Shown here in pieces: positions 1 to 9,606 of a DNA stretch of 42,653 nt. The stretch lies in contig CAYLXZ010000002.1 of NCBI GenBank assembly GCA_964388265.1, positions 1-42,653 on the forward strand. Direction: 5' to 3'. The notes beneath the pieces were generated by a model. That model searched no databases. It was not told where the DNA came from and saw nothing but the letters and a program-made list of their open reading frames with translations. How positions within the stretch are numbered: the first letter of the stretch is position 1; each line of letters starts with the position of its first letter. The position numbers and the translations under genes are program-made. Origin of the DNA: Candidatus Micrarchaeota archaeon. Its GTDB lineage: Archaea; B1Sed10-29.

Positions 1-73
1 CTCCTACGGCTGCGATAACCGCTATCGCTATCAATAGAACGACTGCTACGACCGGAGAGATTCCTTTCTTCAT
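1..73 (-). CDS. Archaeal type IV pilin-like protein, N-terminus only (runs off the window); class III signal peptide
   Basis: Read by hand: ATG at 73 gives MKKG/ISPVVAVVLLIAIAVIAAVG, a prepilin-peptidase KG/IS site followed by a hydrophobic helix. GAGGT SD lies upstream, with GAAAAATACTTATAAAG BRE/TATA-like sequence at ~111-127. Confidence 0.85.
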   Translation of the reverse strand, partial: MKKGISPVVAVVLLIAIAVIAAVG

Positions 74-112
74 ACTTTTGTACCTCAGTTGGATTATGAA
101 TAGACTTATCCT

Positions 113-2419
113 TTATAAGTATTTTTCTGTGCGGATGAAATATATGAGAGACAGTGAGAAGATGAATATTGCTAGAATTGGGTTCAGTCCTGGTGCGCTG
201 CTTGTTGTGGTTCCTACGATTACTTCTTGTTGTTGTGTGTTGAGTGTGTATGTGTCTGTTTGTGTTGTGTTCCCGTTTTCTGTGGTTGTTTGTATGTGCC
301 AGTTGTGTGTTGTGTATTCGTTTATGTACCAGGTGCAGTTGACGGTTGACCCGTTCTCCACGTCTGAATAGCTGCATATCGTGGAGTTATCGTTTTCGTT
401 GATGAATTCCACGGTCATATTCCCTCCCGATGGGTTCTGCACGGTCGCGGTTAGTGTAATGTTCGTAGGCAGGTCTGTGACCTCCTCCCCATCCTGTGGA
501 TCCGTGACAGAGGCATATGGTGGTTCACTTATCCCGGTTAGCTCAGGGTATCCGTCCATGTACCATATATCCTCTCCGGACGTGTCGTCATTCGGATTCC
601 CCACAAAGTCCCACGCACTGGATAAGCCAGAAGTGTTCGTAGAAGTGTATGTGGCTATGTTCTTCATCTCAGAGGTTGTCTTCCCTCCATTTTCACACTG
701 TGCGCTCGTAGCCTGTCCTGTTGTATTTACATTCCAGAAAGAGTTAGTGCAGATGTGGCTACTACTATTCTTACCTATTAGTCCGCCTGTGTAGTCACCG
801 CCGGAAACAAAACCTGTGGCGTAAGAATTCTCTATTGGACCTTTATTATCACCTACTAACCCTCCTACTCCTCCCCATTGACCTGTTACATCTCCCATAG
901 TGTAGGAATTAGAAATTCGGCCATAGTTGTATCCTGCCAATCCACCTATATTTCCGTTTCCTTCTACATTAGCTTGAGAAGAGCAGTTGATTACTGGGTC
1001 TGTTGGGAGTCCAACTAATCCCCCTATATGAGCATCCCCAGTCACTGAACCTGTGGTATAAGAGTTGAGTATTTTCCCTCGAGAGTAACCTACTAAACCT
1101 CCTATTCTATCATCTGATCCGCTCACAGATCCTTTGACATAAGAATTAAGGACTAAACCCCAATTAACGCCAACTAATCCACCTGTATAAGCTATGCCGG
1201 AAATGTTAGCATATTTAAGCCCTAAATTCTTTATAATAGAAGAATCGCCTGATTCTCCGAACAATCCGATTCTACTTGCATCCCTATCAATAAATAACCC
1301 TTCAACATAGTTTCCTCTTCCATTAAAAGTGCCATTGAATTTGTTGGAACCGTTCCCAACTGGTTTGAATCCTTTTTCTTCGTTCCATTTAATAGTACTG
1401 GAGCAGTTAATATCGTTAATTAGGGTATAATCACCTTCTAAATCCTTTTCGATTCCCTGTAGCTCTCCGCAACTGGAAATTTCATAAGAAACACTATAGA
1501 ACCCAGGGTAATCCTCCATATACCAAGTATCATTGCTATCAATATCATCATTTGGATCTCCTACAAAATCCCAAGGGTTAGAAAGACCCGTAGTAGCGCT
1601 GTCTGTATAAGTGTCTACATTTTTCATTTGGTCTGTAGTCTTACCTGTGCCACAGGCACTATTAGATTGGCTTGAAGTATTAACGTCCCAAAAAGAATTA
1701 GAACACACTCCATCATCCTGCAAACCTATTAAACCCCCTATATTACTTCCTGCTCCAGTTACATTCCCTGTAGAATACGAATTAGACACATTCCCTCTGT
1801 TAACCCCGGTTAAGCCTGCAACGTAATTTCCAGGGTCAAAAGCGCTTGCAGAAGCAGTAGAGTAAGAATTAGAAATATTGCCATAGTTCTCCCCTACTAA
1901 ACCACCGACACTATAACTGGCATTAGTAAACCCAGTAGAATAGCAGTTTTCTACAGTTCCTTCATTTCGCCCAACTAACCCACCTACTTTTCTACCTACC
2001 GGCATATACACGTTTTCCACACCTACATCTTCAACCAAAAACCCGGACCCCGTTTTACCAAATAAGCCAATACCCCCTGTATCTCTATCTATATACAAAC
2101 CGCTAATCACATTATAATTACCGTCAAAAGTTCCATTAAAAAGATTAGTAGAATCAAGTCCAATAGGGGCAAATCCGCTTCCTCCATTCCAATTTGAAGT
2201 ATCACTGCAATTTACGTTGCTAATTAACTCATAATTTGCTGTCAAATCGGTGCTCATGTTCTGAAGTTGGTTACAGTTAGTGATCTGATAAGGATTGCTT
2301 GAGGAGCCATCTCCTCCAAAAGATAAGGCAACCGTCGCCAGTAAGGAAAGACAGAAAAGCATTAATAGAAAAATCTTTAAATTCAGATCCTTAGAACTTC
2401 TTGAATCGAACACCTTCAA
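113..2419 (-). CDS. Secreted GLUG-motif surface glycoprotein with a C-terminal Ig-like domain and PGF-CTERM-like anchor
   Basis: Signal peptide; two modules with repeated VGGLVG.N.G.(I/V).NSY.TG; Thr-rich linker then APGL + hydrophobic helix + basic tail; TTG start with GGAGGT upstream. Confidence 0.85.
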   Translation of the reverse strand: MKVFDSRSSKDLNLKIFLLMLFCLSLLATVALSFGGDGSSSNPYQITNCNQLQNMSTDLTANYELISNVNCSDTSNWNGGSGFAPIGLDSTNLFNGTFDGNYNVISGLYIDRDTGGIGLFGKTGSGFLVEDVGVENVYMPVGRKVGGLVGRNEGTVENCYSTGFTNASYSVGGLVGENYGNISNSYSTASASAFDPGNYVAGLTGVNRGNVSNSYSTGNVTGAGSNIGGLIGLQDDGVCSNSFWDVNTSSQSNSACGTGKTTDQMKNVDTYTDSATTGLSNPWDFVGDPNDDIDSNDTWYMEDYPGFYSVSYEISSCGELQGIEKDLEGDYTLINDINCSSTIKWNEEKGFKPVGNGSNKFNGTFNGRGNYVEGLFIDRDASRIGLFGESGDSSIIKNLGLKYANISGIAYTGGLVGVNWGLVLNSYVKGSVSGSDDRIGGLVGYSRGKILNSYTTGSVTGDAHIGGLVGLPTDPVINCSSQANVEGNGNIGGLAGYNYGRISNSYTMGDVTGQWGGVGGLVGDNKGPIENSYATGFVSGGDYTGGLIGKNSSSHICTNSFWNVNTTGQATSAQCENGGKTTSEMKNIATYTSTNTSGLSSAWDFVGNPNDDTSGEDIWYMDGYPELTGISEPPYASVTDPQDGEEVTDLPTNITLTATVQNPSGGNMTVEFINENDNSTICSYSDVENGSTVNCTWYINEYTTHNWHIQTTTENGNTTQTDTYTLNTQQQEVIVGTTTSSAPGLNPILAIFIFSLSLIYFIRTEKYL

Positions 2420-2551
2420 TAAACCTCCACTGCATCACATAAAGAAACAAGAACTTAAAAACCTTATACATAAAGCCCAGGGTCAGAGGTAGCATAGGTT
2501 TATAAAGTCTGCGTGGCCAAGGTATATGTTAGTATTAATGGAGGTGTAGAA

Positions 2552-2743
2552 GTGCAAGGAACTGTTAAATTCTTCCACAATCGGAAGAAATACGGATTTA
2601 TCGAGCCGGAAGACGAAGGCGAAGACGTATTTTTCCACGTCAGCGAAATAGACGGCGAAACCGTAGAAAAAGGCGATGAAGTAGAATTTGAAGTAGAGCA
2701 AGGCGATAGAGGACCTAAAGCTGTTAACGTAAAACTGCTTTAG
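2552..2743 (+). CDS. cspA: Cold-shock domain protein
   Basis: GTVKFF..KKYGFI (RNP1) and DVFFHVSEI (RNP2). Start moved to GTG 2552 after GGAGGTG; TTTATAAA at 2499-2506. Confidence 0.93.
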   Translation: MQGTVKFFHNRKKYGFIEPEDEGEDVFFHVSEIDGETVEKGDEVEFEVEQGDRGPKAVNVKLL

Positions 2744-2816
2744 AGGCCTGAGCTTGGCTTGAATTAATTCTCTTAAAATCTATTAATTTCTTTACTAAGT
2801 TTCTATATCTATTCCC

Positions 2817-4085
2817 TTATATTAACTCTTTTAATATATCTACAGCGAGGTTTATCTCTCTTTCCCGCACGTTAAGAGGCGGTATAACCCTAACTGTTTT
2901 CTCTCCACAGCCCAGTAACACGAGTCCTTCTTTAAATGCTTTTCTAACGACTTTATCTCTTTTTTCCTGTGTTTTAAATTCAACGGCGTCCATGAGTCCT
3001 TTGCCTCTTACTTCTTCTACGTCTTTGGATTTGATTGATTTGAGTTCTTTGGTTAGGTATCTTCCTTTTTCCCGGGCGTTTTCCATGAGGTTGTTTTTCT
3101 GTATTATCTGTATGGTTTTGTATCCTATGAAACTGGAGATTATGTCTCCTGCTCCCCATGTGGAGCTTAACCTGCCTTTTTCCGAGGGGAATATGTCTTC
3201 TCGTGATATTGTGGCTCCTACTCTCAGTCCTTTGGCTCCTGTCACCACGTCCGGTTCCACGTCGTAGTTTTCTATGGACCAGAACTTGCCTGTTCGCCCT
3301 ATTCCTGCTTGTATTTCATCTGCTATGAGTGGGATGTTTTTCTCTTGTGTTGTTTCTCTCACTGTTTCTACGAATTCCTGGCTCGGTATTCTGTATCCTC
3401 CTTCTCCTTGTATGGGTTCGAGTATAACGTAGGATAGGTCTTTGGTTTGTTTTATTGTTTTTCTGGTTTTCTCCGCTGCTCCGCATCTGCATTCTCCGTT
3501 GTATTTGTCTCCGCAGGTGCAGAACGGTGTTTTGTTTATTCCTGGTATCTTTGGGAATTTTTCTCTGTATTTTTCTTTGCTTGTGGTTAGTGTGAGTGCT
3601 CCGAGTGTTCTTCCGTGGAATGATCCTTGGAAGCATAGGCCTTTGCTGCCTCCGTGGTCGTAGCATATCTTTATGGCGTTTTCGATGGCTTCTGCTCCGG
3701 AGTTTATGAGGAGTGCGGTGTCTAAGTTGAATTTCTCCGTGGTTTCTATGAGTTTTTCTTGAAGTTCAGCTGGGCCTGGGCATTCGCTGTATGTGTAGAA
3801 GTCCTGTCCAGCTATCTTCACGGGGTCGTTTAGATCGTGTTCTTCTAAGGCTTTCTTTATTTCTGGGTGGTTGTATCCGAGCGGAGCTGCTGATACGTGG
3901 GAAGCGAAGTCCATGTATGTGTTCCCGTCTTTGTCTTTGCAGAATGGTCCTGCGGCTTCTTTGGATCTGTCCCATACGAATGGGTGTTTGTGCGTGGTCT
4001 TGGCTCCGTGTCTGTGGAAGTACTTTATGTATTTCTTGGATTTCACGGTTCCTTTTACTTGGGGCTCGGTTTTTTCTCTATCCAT
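2817..4085 (-). CDS. Class III PLP-dependent aminotransferase (4-aminobutyrate/ornithine aminotransferase-like)
   Basis: NSGAEAIENAIK, FHGRTLG, EPIQGEGGY, LIADEIQAGIGRTG and PLP-Lys in TGAKG. Start probably ATG 4085 after GGAGTGA (ORF track gives 4094). Confidence 0.9.
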   Translation of the reverse strand: MDREKTEPQVKGTVKSKKYIKYFHRHGAKTTHKHPFVWDRSKEAAGPFCKDKDGNTYMDFASHVSAAPLGYNHPEIKKALEEHDLNDPVKIAGQDFYTYSECPGPAELQEKLIETTEKFNLDTALLINSGAEAIENAIKICYDHGGSKGLCFQGSFHGRTLGALTLTTSKEKYREKFPKIPGINKTPFCTCGDKYNGECRCGAAEKTRKTIKQTKDLSYVILEPIQGEGGYRIPSQEFVETVRETTQEKNIPLIADEIQAGIGRTGKFWSIENYDVEPDVVTGAKGLRVGATISREDIFPSEKGRLSSTWGAGDIISSFIGYKTIQIIQKNNLMENAREKGRYLTKELKSIKSKDVEEVRGKGLMDAVEFKTQEKRDKVVRKAFKEGLVLLGCGEKTVRVIPPLNVREREINLAVDILKELI

Positions 4086-4133
4086 ATCGGTCACTCCGTG
4101 TAGATGAGGGGGGTGTATTTAAATCTAAATGGG

Positions 4134-5015
4134 TTACCAGAATACTATGATTGTGGCTCCGGTGATTATCATGAGTGTTGAAACGGTTTTCTGGATGATT
4201 ACTTCACGGGTTATTGTTTCTCGAATGAAGCTTGGGTGGAGGAATGTGATGAGTGTGGCGGATACGAGGACGAGTAGGGGTTTGACTCCCACTAAAGCAG
4301 ATACCAGTGAAACAGGTCCGAGGGATATAGCTGTGAAAAGAGCTAGCATGCCGAGGGAAACGAAGAATCCAACTATGAATAGGTGTTCCGCTCCTTTCCT
4401 GGCTTTCTTCCTCAGATGCGGGTGGTGGAAAGCGAATAAGGCAAGTGCAGATGCTCCTCGTCCCACGCCGATCCAGAAGAGAACGGGCCATATCGTGATT
4501 GATTGAGTGGATAGTTTGGTGAGTACGTTGCGTGCGGCGAACATCACTGCAGCGATGAATACCAATACTATGAGTTTATCGAACTTGAATCTACCGTTCA
4601 CCTCTTTGAAGGAAAGCGAAATGGATCCAAGGACAACGAGGCCTATGCCCATGTACTTCAAGAGAGTGAAGGATTCTCCGAAGAACAAGAATCCGAACGG
4701 AAGCACCAGGAGAGGAATAGTTGCCAGTATGGGGATGGCTCTGGAGACCTCTTCTCTTGATAAAGCCGCGAAGTAGAACCAAAGGCCCATAGAAGACACT
4801 ATTCCTATGCAGAGTCCGAGGAAAACGATGTAAGGGTCATTTAATATGCCTGTGACAAGTAGAGAAACAGGGGTTAAAACCAGGAAGGTCATGAAGCTGA
4901 ATATAACCGTGCCTAAGTGCGGGTCCATCACTTCCTTCGTCACTATGAACTTGTTCATGAGGTCCGTGGACGTGAAGATAAGGATAGCTGCTAAGGCCGA
5001 GATTATCCACCACAT
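4134..5015 (-). CDS. EamA/DMT family transporter
   Basis: About 10 hydrophobic helices in two repeats; ALSREEVSRAIP, FFGESFT and GPVSLVSAL are typical DMT motifs. Confidence 0.85.
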   Translation of the reverse strand: MWWIISALAAILIFTSTDLMNKFIVTKEVMDPHLGTVIFSFMTFLVLTPVSLLVTGILNDPYIVFLGLCIGIVSSMGLWFYFAALSREEVSRAIPILATIPLLVLPFGFLFFGESFTLLKYMGIGLVVLGSISLSFKEVNGRFKFDKLIVLVFIAAVMFAARNVLTKLSTQSITIWPVLFWIGVGRGASALALFAFHHPHLRKKARKGAEHLFIVGFFVSLGMLALFTAISLGPVSLVSALVGVKPLLVLVSATLITFLHPSFIRETITREVIIQKTVSTLMIITGATIIVFW

Positions 5016-5020
5016 TTAAA

Positions 5021-5692
5021 TCATCTTTTCAGGTTGAATTTCCTTGTTTTCGGGTCTGCTAAGGCGTGTGCTTCTCCTTTACGTATCTCTGCTTTCCTTA
5101 TGAGGTTTTTAAGTTTCTTCTTGGTTTTCTTCTTCTCTTTTATGTTCAGGTCTTCTTTTTGGAGTTTTTGTTCAAGCTCTTCTATCTGTTCTTTCATTTT
5201 TTTCAGTTCTTGGATGCGTTTTTTAACTTTTTTGGCCTGTTCTATGGTTTTATCTTGGTTAATTGCTTTCTCCATTACTTTTTCAAGTTCCTCTGTTTCA
5301 AGTTCATATGAGTACTGTGATATTCTTAGTTGTTGTTGGGGTGTGAGTTCTTTGAATTCTTCTTTGGACGCTATCTTAGGGCAGGTTCTTTTGAATTCTT
5401 TGATTTTCTGGAGCTTTGCTTTGAATTGATTCATTTCGTATTCTTTTTCCAGTCCTTCTAAGCCTTTTTCTTCGAGTTCTTTTTCTTTTTCCTTTATCTT
5501 CTTCAAGGTTTCCTGTCTTTCCTTGTCAATCTTTGGTTTCTGTTGCCAGGGCGCTCCCAGTTTTTCTTTAGGTATGCCTGTCGTTTCTCTAACCTGGCTT
5601 AGTCTCTTTTCTATGTCTTCGAGTTTCTTTTCAAGAGGTTCAAGCACTTCTCCCTGTTTTCTTCTCTGTCCTTTTCTTCTTTTTTTCGCCAT
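5021..5692 (-). CDS. Hypothetical highly charged coiled-coil protein
   Basis: 223-aa K/E-rich ORF with host-like codon bias and AGGTG SD; no family recognised. Confidence 0.7.
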   Translation of the reverse strand: MAKKRRKGQRRKQGEVLEPLEKKLEDIEKRLSQVRETTGIPKEKLGAPWQQKPKIDKERQETLKKIKEKEKELEEKGLEGLEKEYEMNQFKAKLQKIKEFKRTCPKIASKEEFKELTPQQQLRISQYSYELETEELEKVMEKAINQDKTIEQAKKVKKRIQELKKMKEQIEELEQKLQKEDLNIKEKKKTKKKLKNLIRKAEIRKGEAHALADPKTRKFNLKR

Positions 5693-5701
5693 TCTCTACA
5701 C

Positions 5702-6010
5702 CTATGATATGAATCCGAGTAGCCCTATGAGTAAGAACGCTATTATGGTGAGTGCTACGGCCCAGATTGTTCCGAATATCCAGATATCGGTGAAGAAAAC
5801 GAGGAAAACCAAAGCAGCAGCTATTATAGTTGTGTTTCGATGTAGTTCAAGTACCTTGTGAGCGTACATGACCAGTACGAGTAGTATTATGACCTTGGCG
5901 AGTAGGATGAACGTGGCTATCTGGTTTGTGTATTTATTGATTCCGAAGAGCTTTCCAAACGTCTTCTCAAAGAACCCAGCAGGGAAGAGATTGAAGCGAG
6001 CCATGATCAT
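5702..6010 (-). CDS. Small hypothetical membrane protein (about 3 TM)
   Basis: Hydrophobic C-terminal two-thirds. Start likely ATG 6010 or 6004, downstream of the TATA-like AAAAAGTTTTTAAG at ~6035-6050, not 6109, which abuts the divergent gene. Confidence 0.6.
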   Translation of the reverse strand: MIMARFNLFPAGFFEKTFGKLFGINKYTNQIATFILLAKVIILLVLVMYAHKVLELHRNTTIIAAALVFLVFFTDIWIFGTIWAVALTIIAFLLIGLLGFIS

Positions 6011-6110
6011 CACATGTAGAGTTAAGTGCCCAGGACTTAAAAACTTTTTACTGTTAACTCCGTAAGATATAACTTCGAAGAAGGACATTACTATCCACGG
6101 AGGGATCAAT

Positions 6111-6761
6111 ATGATTCACTTTAAATGGTTCGGACAAGCGTGCTTCGAGATACGGAACTCGAAAACAGTTGTAACGGATCCTCACGATGGAAACGAAGTT
6201 GGATTAAACCCACCTAAAGCCAAAGGAGATATAGTAACTGTTTCACACGGTCACTTCGACCACGCATCCGGAGTAGACCTCGTTAAAAAACCAGGAGCAG
6301 AGACAGTTGAAGAGCAAACCGGGAAGAAAACGGTTAAAGGGATTCAAATCAAAGGAATCAAAAGCTACCACGACAAGGTGAAAGGAGCGAAAAGAGGAAA
6401 GAACATCATCTACACGTTCGAGTTAGATGGGAAGAATATATGTCACCTCGGAGACCTTGGACACACGCTATCCGATGAAAAACTCGAGGAAATAGGAGAC
6501 GTAGACATACTGATGATTCCAGTAGGCGGTAACTACACCATAAACGGAGAAGAAGCCGTAAAAATATCTGGGAAAATCAACGCACGCGTAATAATACCGA
6601 TGCACTACAAATTACCCGAATTAACCGTGGATATAAACGATGAAGAACAGTTCATAGAGAAAGCCAAGGGAAAAGGATGGACAGTGAAGGAGAAAAGAGC
6701 TCTCGACCTGCAGTCGCTTCCAGAGGATACAACGGTGGTTAAGCTCGAATGCAGAGCCTGA
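6111..6761 (+). CDS. MBL-fold metallo-hydrolase (Lactamase_B_3-like)
   Basis: WFGQACF, TDPH, SHGHFDH, CHLGDLGH, PVGG and IIPMHY motifs. Confidence 0.9.
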   Translation: MIHFKWFGQACFEIRNSKTVVTDPHDGNEVGLNPPKAKGDIVTVSHGHFDHASGVDLVKKPGAETVEEQTGKKTVKGIQIKGIKSYHDKVKGAKRGKNIIYTFELDGKNICHLGDLGHTLSDEKLEEIGDVDILMIPVGGNYTINGEEAVKISGKINARVIIPMHYKLPELTVDINDEEQFIEKAKGKGWTVKEKRALDLQSLPEDTTVVKLECRA

Positions 6762-6776
6762 AAAACCTCTTATCAA

Positions 6777-7046
6777 TTAGTTGTTTTTGATAAGGCTGTA
6801 GATCTTGTTCTTTGCTTTTGGGTTTAGACTCAGCGTGTTTCCTCTTTTCTTTGCTAAGAGGTATCTTTCTTTTACCAGTTCATCTATGAGTTTTCTTGCT
6901 CTTTTTCCGTTTCTCTTGATCTTTCCATCGACCCAGGAGACTACGCTGGTGAGCGGTTTGTACTTTCCTCCCCAGCAGTATCTGTTCTTCAGTTTACGGA
7001 GGATGTACGCCTTTATCTGTTTATCGGTGAGTTCTTTCTTGGCCAT
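6777..7046 (-). CDS. Small basic hypothetical protein, probable winged-helix fold
   Basis: 89 aa, very basic, ILRKL...WGGK...LIDELVKERYL...SLNP pattern; AGGAG SD upstream. Confidence 0.65.
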   Translation of the reverse strand: MAKKELTDKQIKAYILRKLKNRYCWGGKYKPLTSVVSWVDGKIKRNGKRARKLIDELVKERYLLAKKRGNTLSLNPKAKNKIYSLIKNN

Positions 7047-7189
7047 GGTCTCCTTGTACGGGTTTTTGATAGAGCCATTTAAGAGGGTTTTTCCCTTTCC
7101 TTCAGTTAATTGGAGTTAAGTTTCCTAATCATAAGGTTGAACCATAACATATATAAACTTATAGCCGTATAACTTCTCCAGGTGGTAAA

Positions 7190-7534
7190 GTGAGTAATAG
7201 AGGTAGAGACGAAACGGTGCTGATAGAGGCCCTTGGAAGTTCTCCGAAGATGAGAATAATAGACTTTTTCATAGATGAACAGCCCTTTGACTTCACGAAG
7301 AAAGAAATCATTCAGGAACTTGGAATGAGCAACAGAACATTCTACAAATACTTCCCAGACATAGAAAAAGCCGGTATAGTTAAAGAATCGAGAAAAATCG
7401 GCAGAGCCCAGCTATATACCTTGAACAAAGAAAGCCCTGTAGTCAAAGAACTGATCAAGCTACAGGACAAGCTAAGCGAAAGAGCAAGGCAGATGCAGAT
7501 GAAGGAAAAAGAAGAAGTAGAGGTGGCTGCTTAG
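7190..7534 (+). CDS. Winged helix-turn-helix transcriptional regulator
   Basis: LGSSPKMRIIDFF, TKKEIIQELGMSNRTFYKY helix pair, RKIGRAQLYTLN wing; AGGTGG SD. Confidence 0.82.
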   Translation: MSNRGRDETVLIEALGSSPKMRIIDFFIDEQPFDFTKKEIIQELGMSNRTFYKYFPDIEKAGIVKESRKIGRAQLYTLNKESPVVKELIKLQDKLSERARQMQMKEKEEVEVAA

Positions 7535-7567
7535 ATTCTCTCGCCTTTAATATTCTGACTACTCTGA

Positions 7568-8368
7568 TTATATCCCGAGGTACATCGCTTTCTTCTCCAT
7601 CCTCCTGAACACGTATATGCCCAGAGCTATACTGATTGTTGCGAATACAACGAGGTATAAAACCGTTCCCCATATATCCATTAATCCCGCTCCTTCTAAT
7701 CCAATTGCTCTGATAGCGTCAATCGCCTGCGTGGTAGGTAAAAGCCTGAATATGTCTTCAAAAGGCTGAGGGAAAACAGCCAAAGGATAATGAACCCCTG
7801 AAAATAGATAAAGAATACTCATTATAGCCGTTGCAGAGTGAGCTAAACCCTCTCTCCAAGCTGCTAAAGAAGCCAGCATTATACCCAGCCCTGAAAACGA
7901 TATGAAGATAAGTAAAAGAACCAGAATAGCTAATAAAACACTTCCAGAGAACGAGAAACCGAAAAAAGAAGCTACAATAACCACAGGAACATTCTTAACT
8001 AATGAATTGAACATAGGGTAACTTAAAGTACTGTACAGGTAAGAGATCCTGTTCAAAGGAGACATCATTATGTAAGCAAGAGTTTTCCTATGCTTCTCAG
8101 TCACGAAATGGAATGACATATCATGGACAGAGGATTTTATCATGGTCCAAGTAATAGATCCTGTAAGTAAGAACACCAAATAATTTTCTCTGGTGAGCAT
8201 TCCAAGACCTTGGAAACCACCCTGTAGGATAGCGGTCCAGACCACTAAAAAGGAAATGAAGCTCGTTAAAGCACCGAATACATTCCAGAAAACCCTTATC
8301 TTCCATCGGAAGAATCTTCGAAGGAAAGTGACCGACATTAACTTCAAGTGTTTTAAGAAATTACTCAT
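7568..8368 (-). CDS. ABC-2 type exporter permease
   Basis: Six hydrophobic segments; FSGVHYPLAVFP and LLPTTQAIDAIR motifs; overlaps the ATPase stop codon. Confidence 0.88.
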   Translation of the reverse strand: MSNFLKHLKLMSVTFLRRFFRWKIRVFWNVFGALTSFISFLVVWTAILQGGFQGLGMLTRENYLVFLLTGSITWTMIKSSVHDMSFHFVTEKHRKTLAYIMMSPLNRISYLYSTLSYPMFNSLVKNVPVVIVASFFGFSFSGSVLLAILVLLLIFISFSGLGIMLASLAAWREGLAHSATAIMSILYLFSGVHYPLAVFPQPFEDIFRLLPTTQAIDAIRAIGLEGAGLMDIWGTVLYLVVFATISIALGIYVFRRMEKKAMYLGI

Positions 8369-9417
8369 TTCAACTCCCTCCCTGTTAAATGTATGAAGAC
8401 ATCTTCAAGAGTAGGTTCAACTGTATCTATTCTCTCCACGCCTAAATCCATTTCCCTAACCTTCTTAGCAATCCAATCAGCCCTATCCATGGATTCAATC
8501 ATCACACGTACCTTCTGTTCATCGGGCATGTATCTAACGTCCTCCACTTCCTCTGAATCTTCAAGTTCTTCGAGTAAAGAGGTTTTAAACTTCTTGAGCT
8601 TGAACTCAATAACGGTCTCTTCCTTGAGATCCTGTTTCAACTCATCCGGTCGCCCTTTCTCGATTAATTCACCGTTATTGATCAGTATGACTCGATCGCA
8701 GAGGTAGTCCGCCTCTTCCATGTAATGCGTGGTTAGAAGTATTGAAACGTCATTGTCCCTCAGTTCATCTATGTATTCCCTTATCTTCATCGACATCCTT
8801 GGATCTAAGCCGCTGGTCGGTTCGTCGAGGAAAAGTACCTTGGGTTCGGTCATGAAGGCTTTTATGAGTTTCAGTTTGGTTCTTTCTCCCGTGGATAACC
8901 TGTCCACGTACGTGTTTTTCCTGTCATGTACCTCCAGTCTCTTCATATGCTCTTCTATCTTTTTTTCATAGTTTCCTACTTCGTATATCTCTGCGAATAG
9001 CTTCAGATTCTGGTAGGAAGACAGGTGTCTGAATAAATTGGCTCTAGCGAATATAGCGTTTACATCTGACCTGATTTCCTTGGACTCAGTGGACATATCG
9101 TGGCCTAGGACCTCTACCAACCCTTCATCCGGATCCATCAAACCCGTGCAGGCTTTCATCATCGTAGTTTTTCCTGCTCCGTTCGGTCCGAGTAATCCGA
9201 GTATCTCTCCTCTGTGCAGGGAGAATGAAACATCATCGAGAACCTTTAGCTTCTTCTTGCTCAAAATCTCCTTGAAGTACCTGAATAGGAAGTTCCTGTT
9301 CCTGTACTTTTCCCTGATCTTACTTCTATTCTTAAAGCTCTTCGAAACGCTTGATACTTCTACGATCGGAGAAGATTGAGAAGAATCGGAAAGGCCTGGA
9401 GGCATCGGTGGGAACAC
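8365..9417 (-). CDS. ABC exporter ATP-binding protein (DrrA-like with C-terminal extension)
   Basis: Walker A GPNGAGKTT, signature LSTGE, Walker B LFLDEPTSGLD, H-loop LTTHYM, C-terminal EPTLEDVF. Confidence 0.93.
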   Translation of the reverse strand: MFPPMPPGLSDSSQSSPIVEVSSVSKSFKNRSKIREKYRNRNFLFRYFKEILSKKKLKVLDDVSFSLHRGEILGLLGPNGAGKTTMMKACTGLMDPDEGLVEVLGHDMSTESKEIRSDVNAIFARANLFRHLSSYQNLKLFAEIYEVGNYEKKIEEHMKRLEVHDRKNTYVDRLSTGERTKLKLIKAFMTEPKVLFLDEPTSGLDPRMSMKIREYIDELRDNDVSILLTTHYMEEADYLCDRVILINNGELIEKGRPDELKQDLKEETVIEFKLKKFKTSLLEELEDSEEVEDVRYMPDEQKVRVMIESMDRADWIAKKVREMDLGVERIDTVEPTLEDVFIHLTGRELK

Positions 9418-9606
9418 CGGTTAATTTACCTCGAAGGATATTTAAAAGACTTTTGCAAAAAGAGTTTAAAGGAGGAGGCAATTGAATTATATAGAAGAGA
9501 GAGAAGTCTAACTTTCGAGGCAAAGAAAGATTCTAAGGCTCACTAATTATTCCAAGATAAACCTCGTTCAACAAGAGTTAAGTTCAGTCAATCCTTTTAA
9601 CTAAAC

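Noticed and set aside
9420-9606. Possible small gene or ncRNA, such as aIF1A, upstream of rio1
   Set aside because: No credible ORF or stable structure was seen; the spacer is consistent with divergent promoters.
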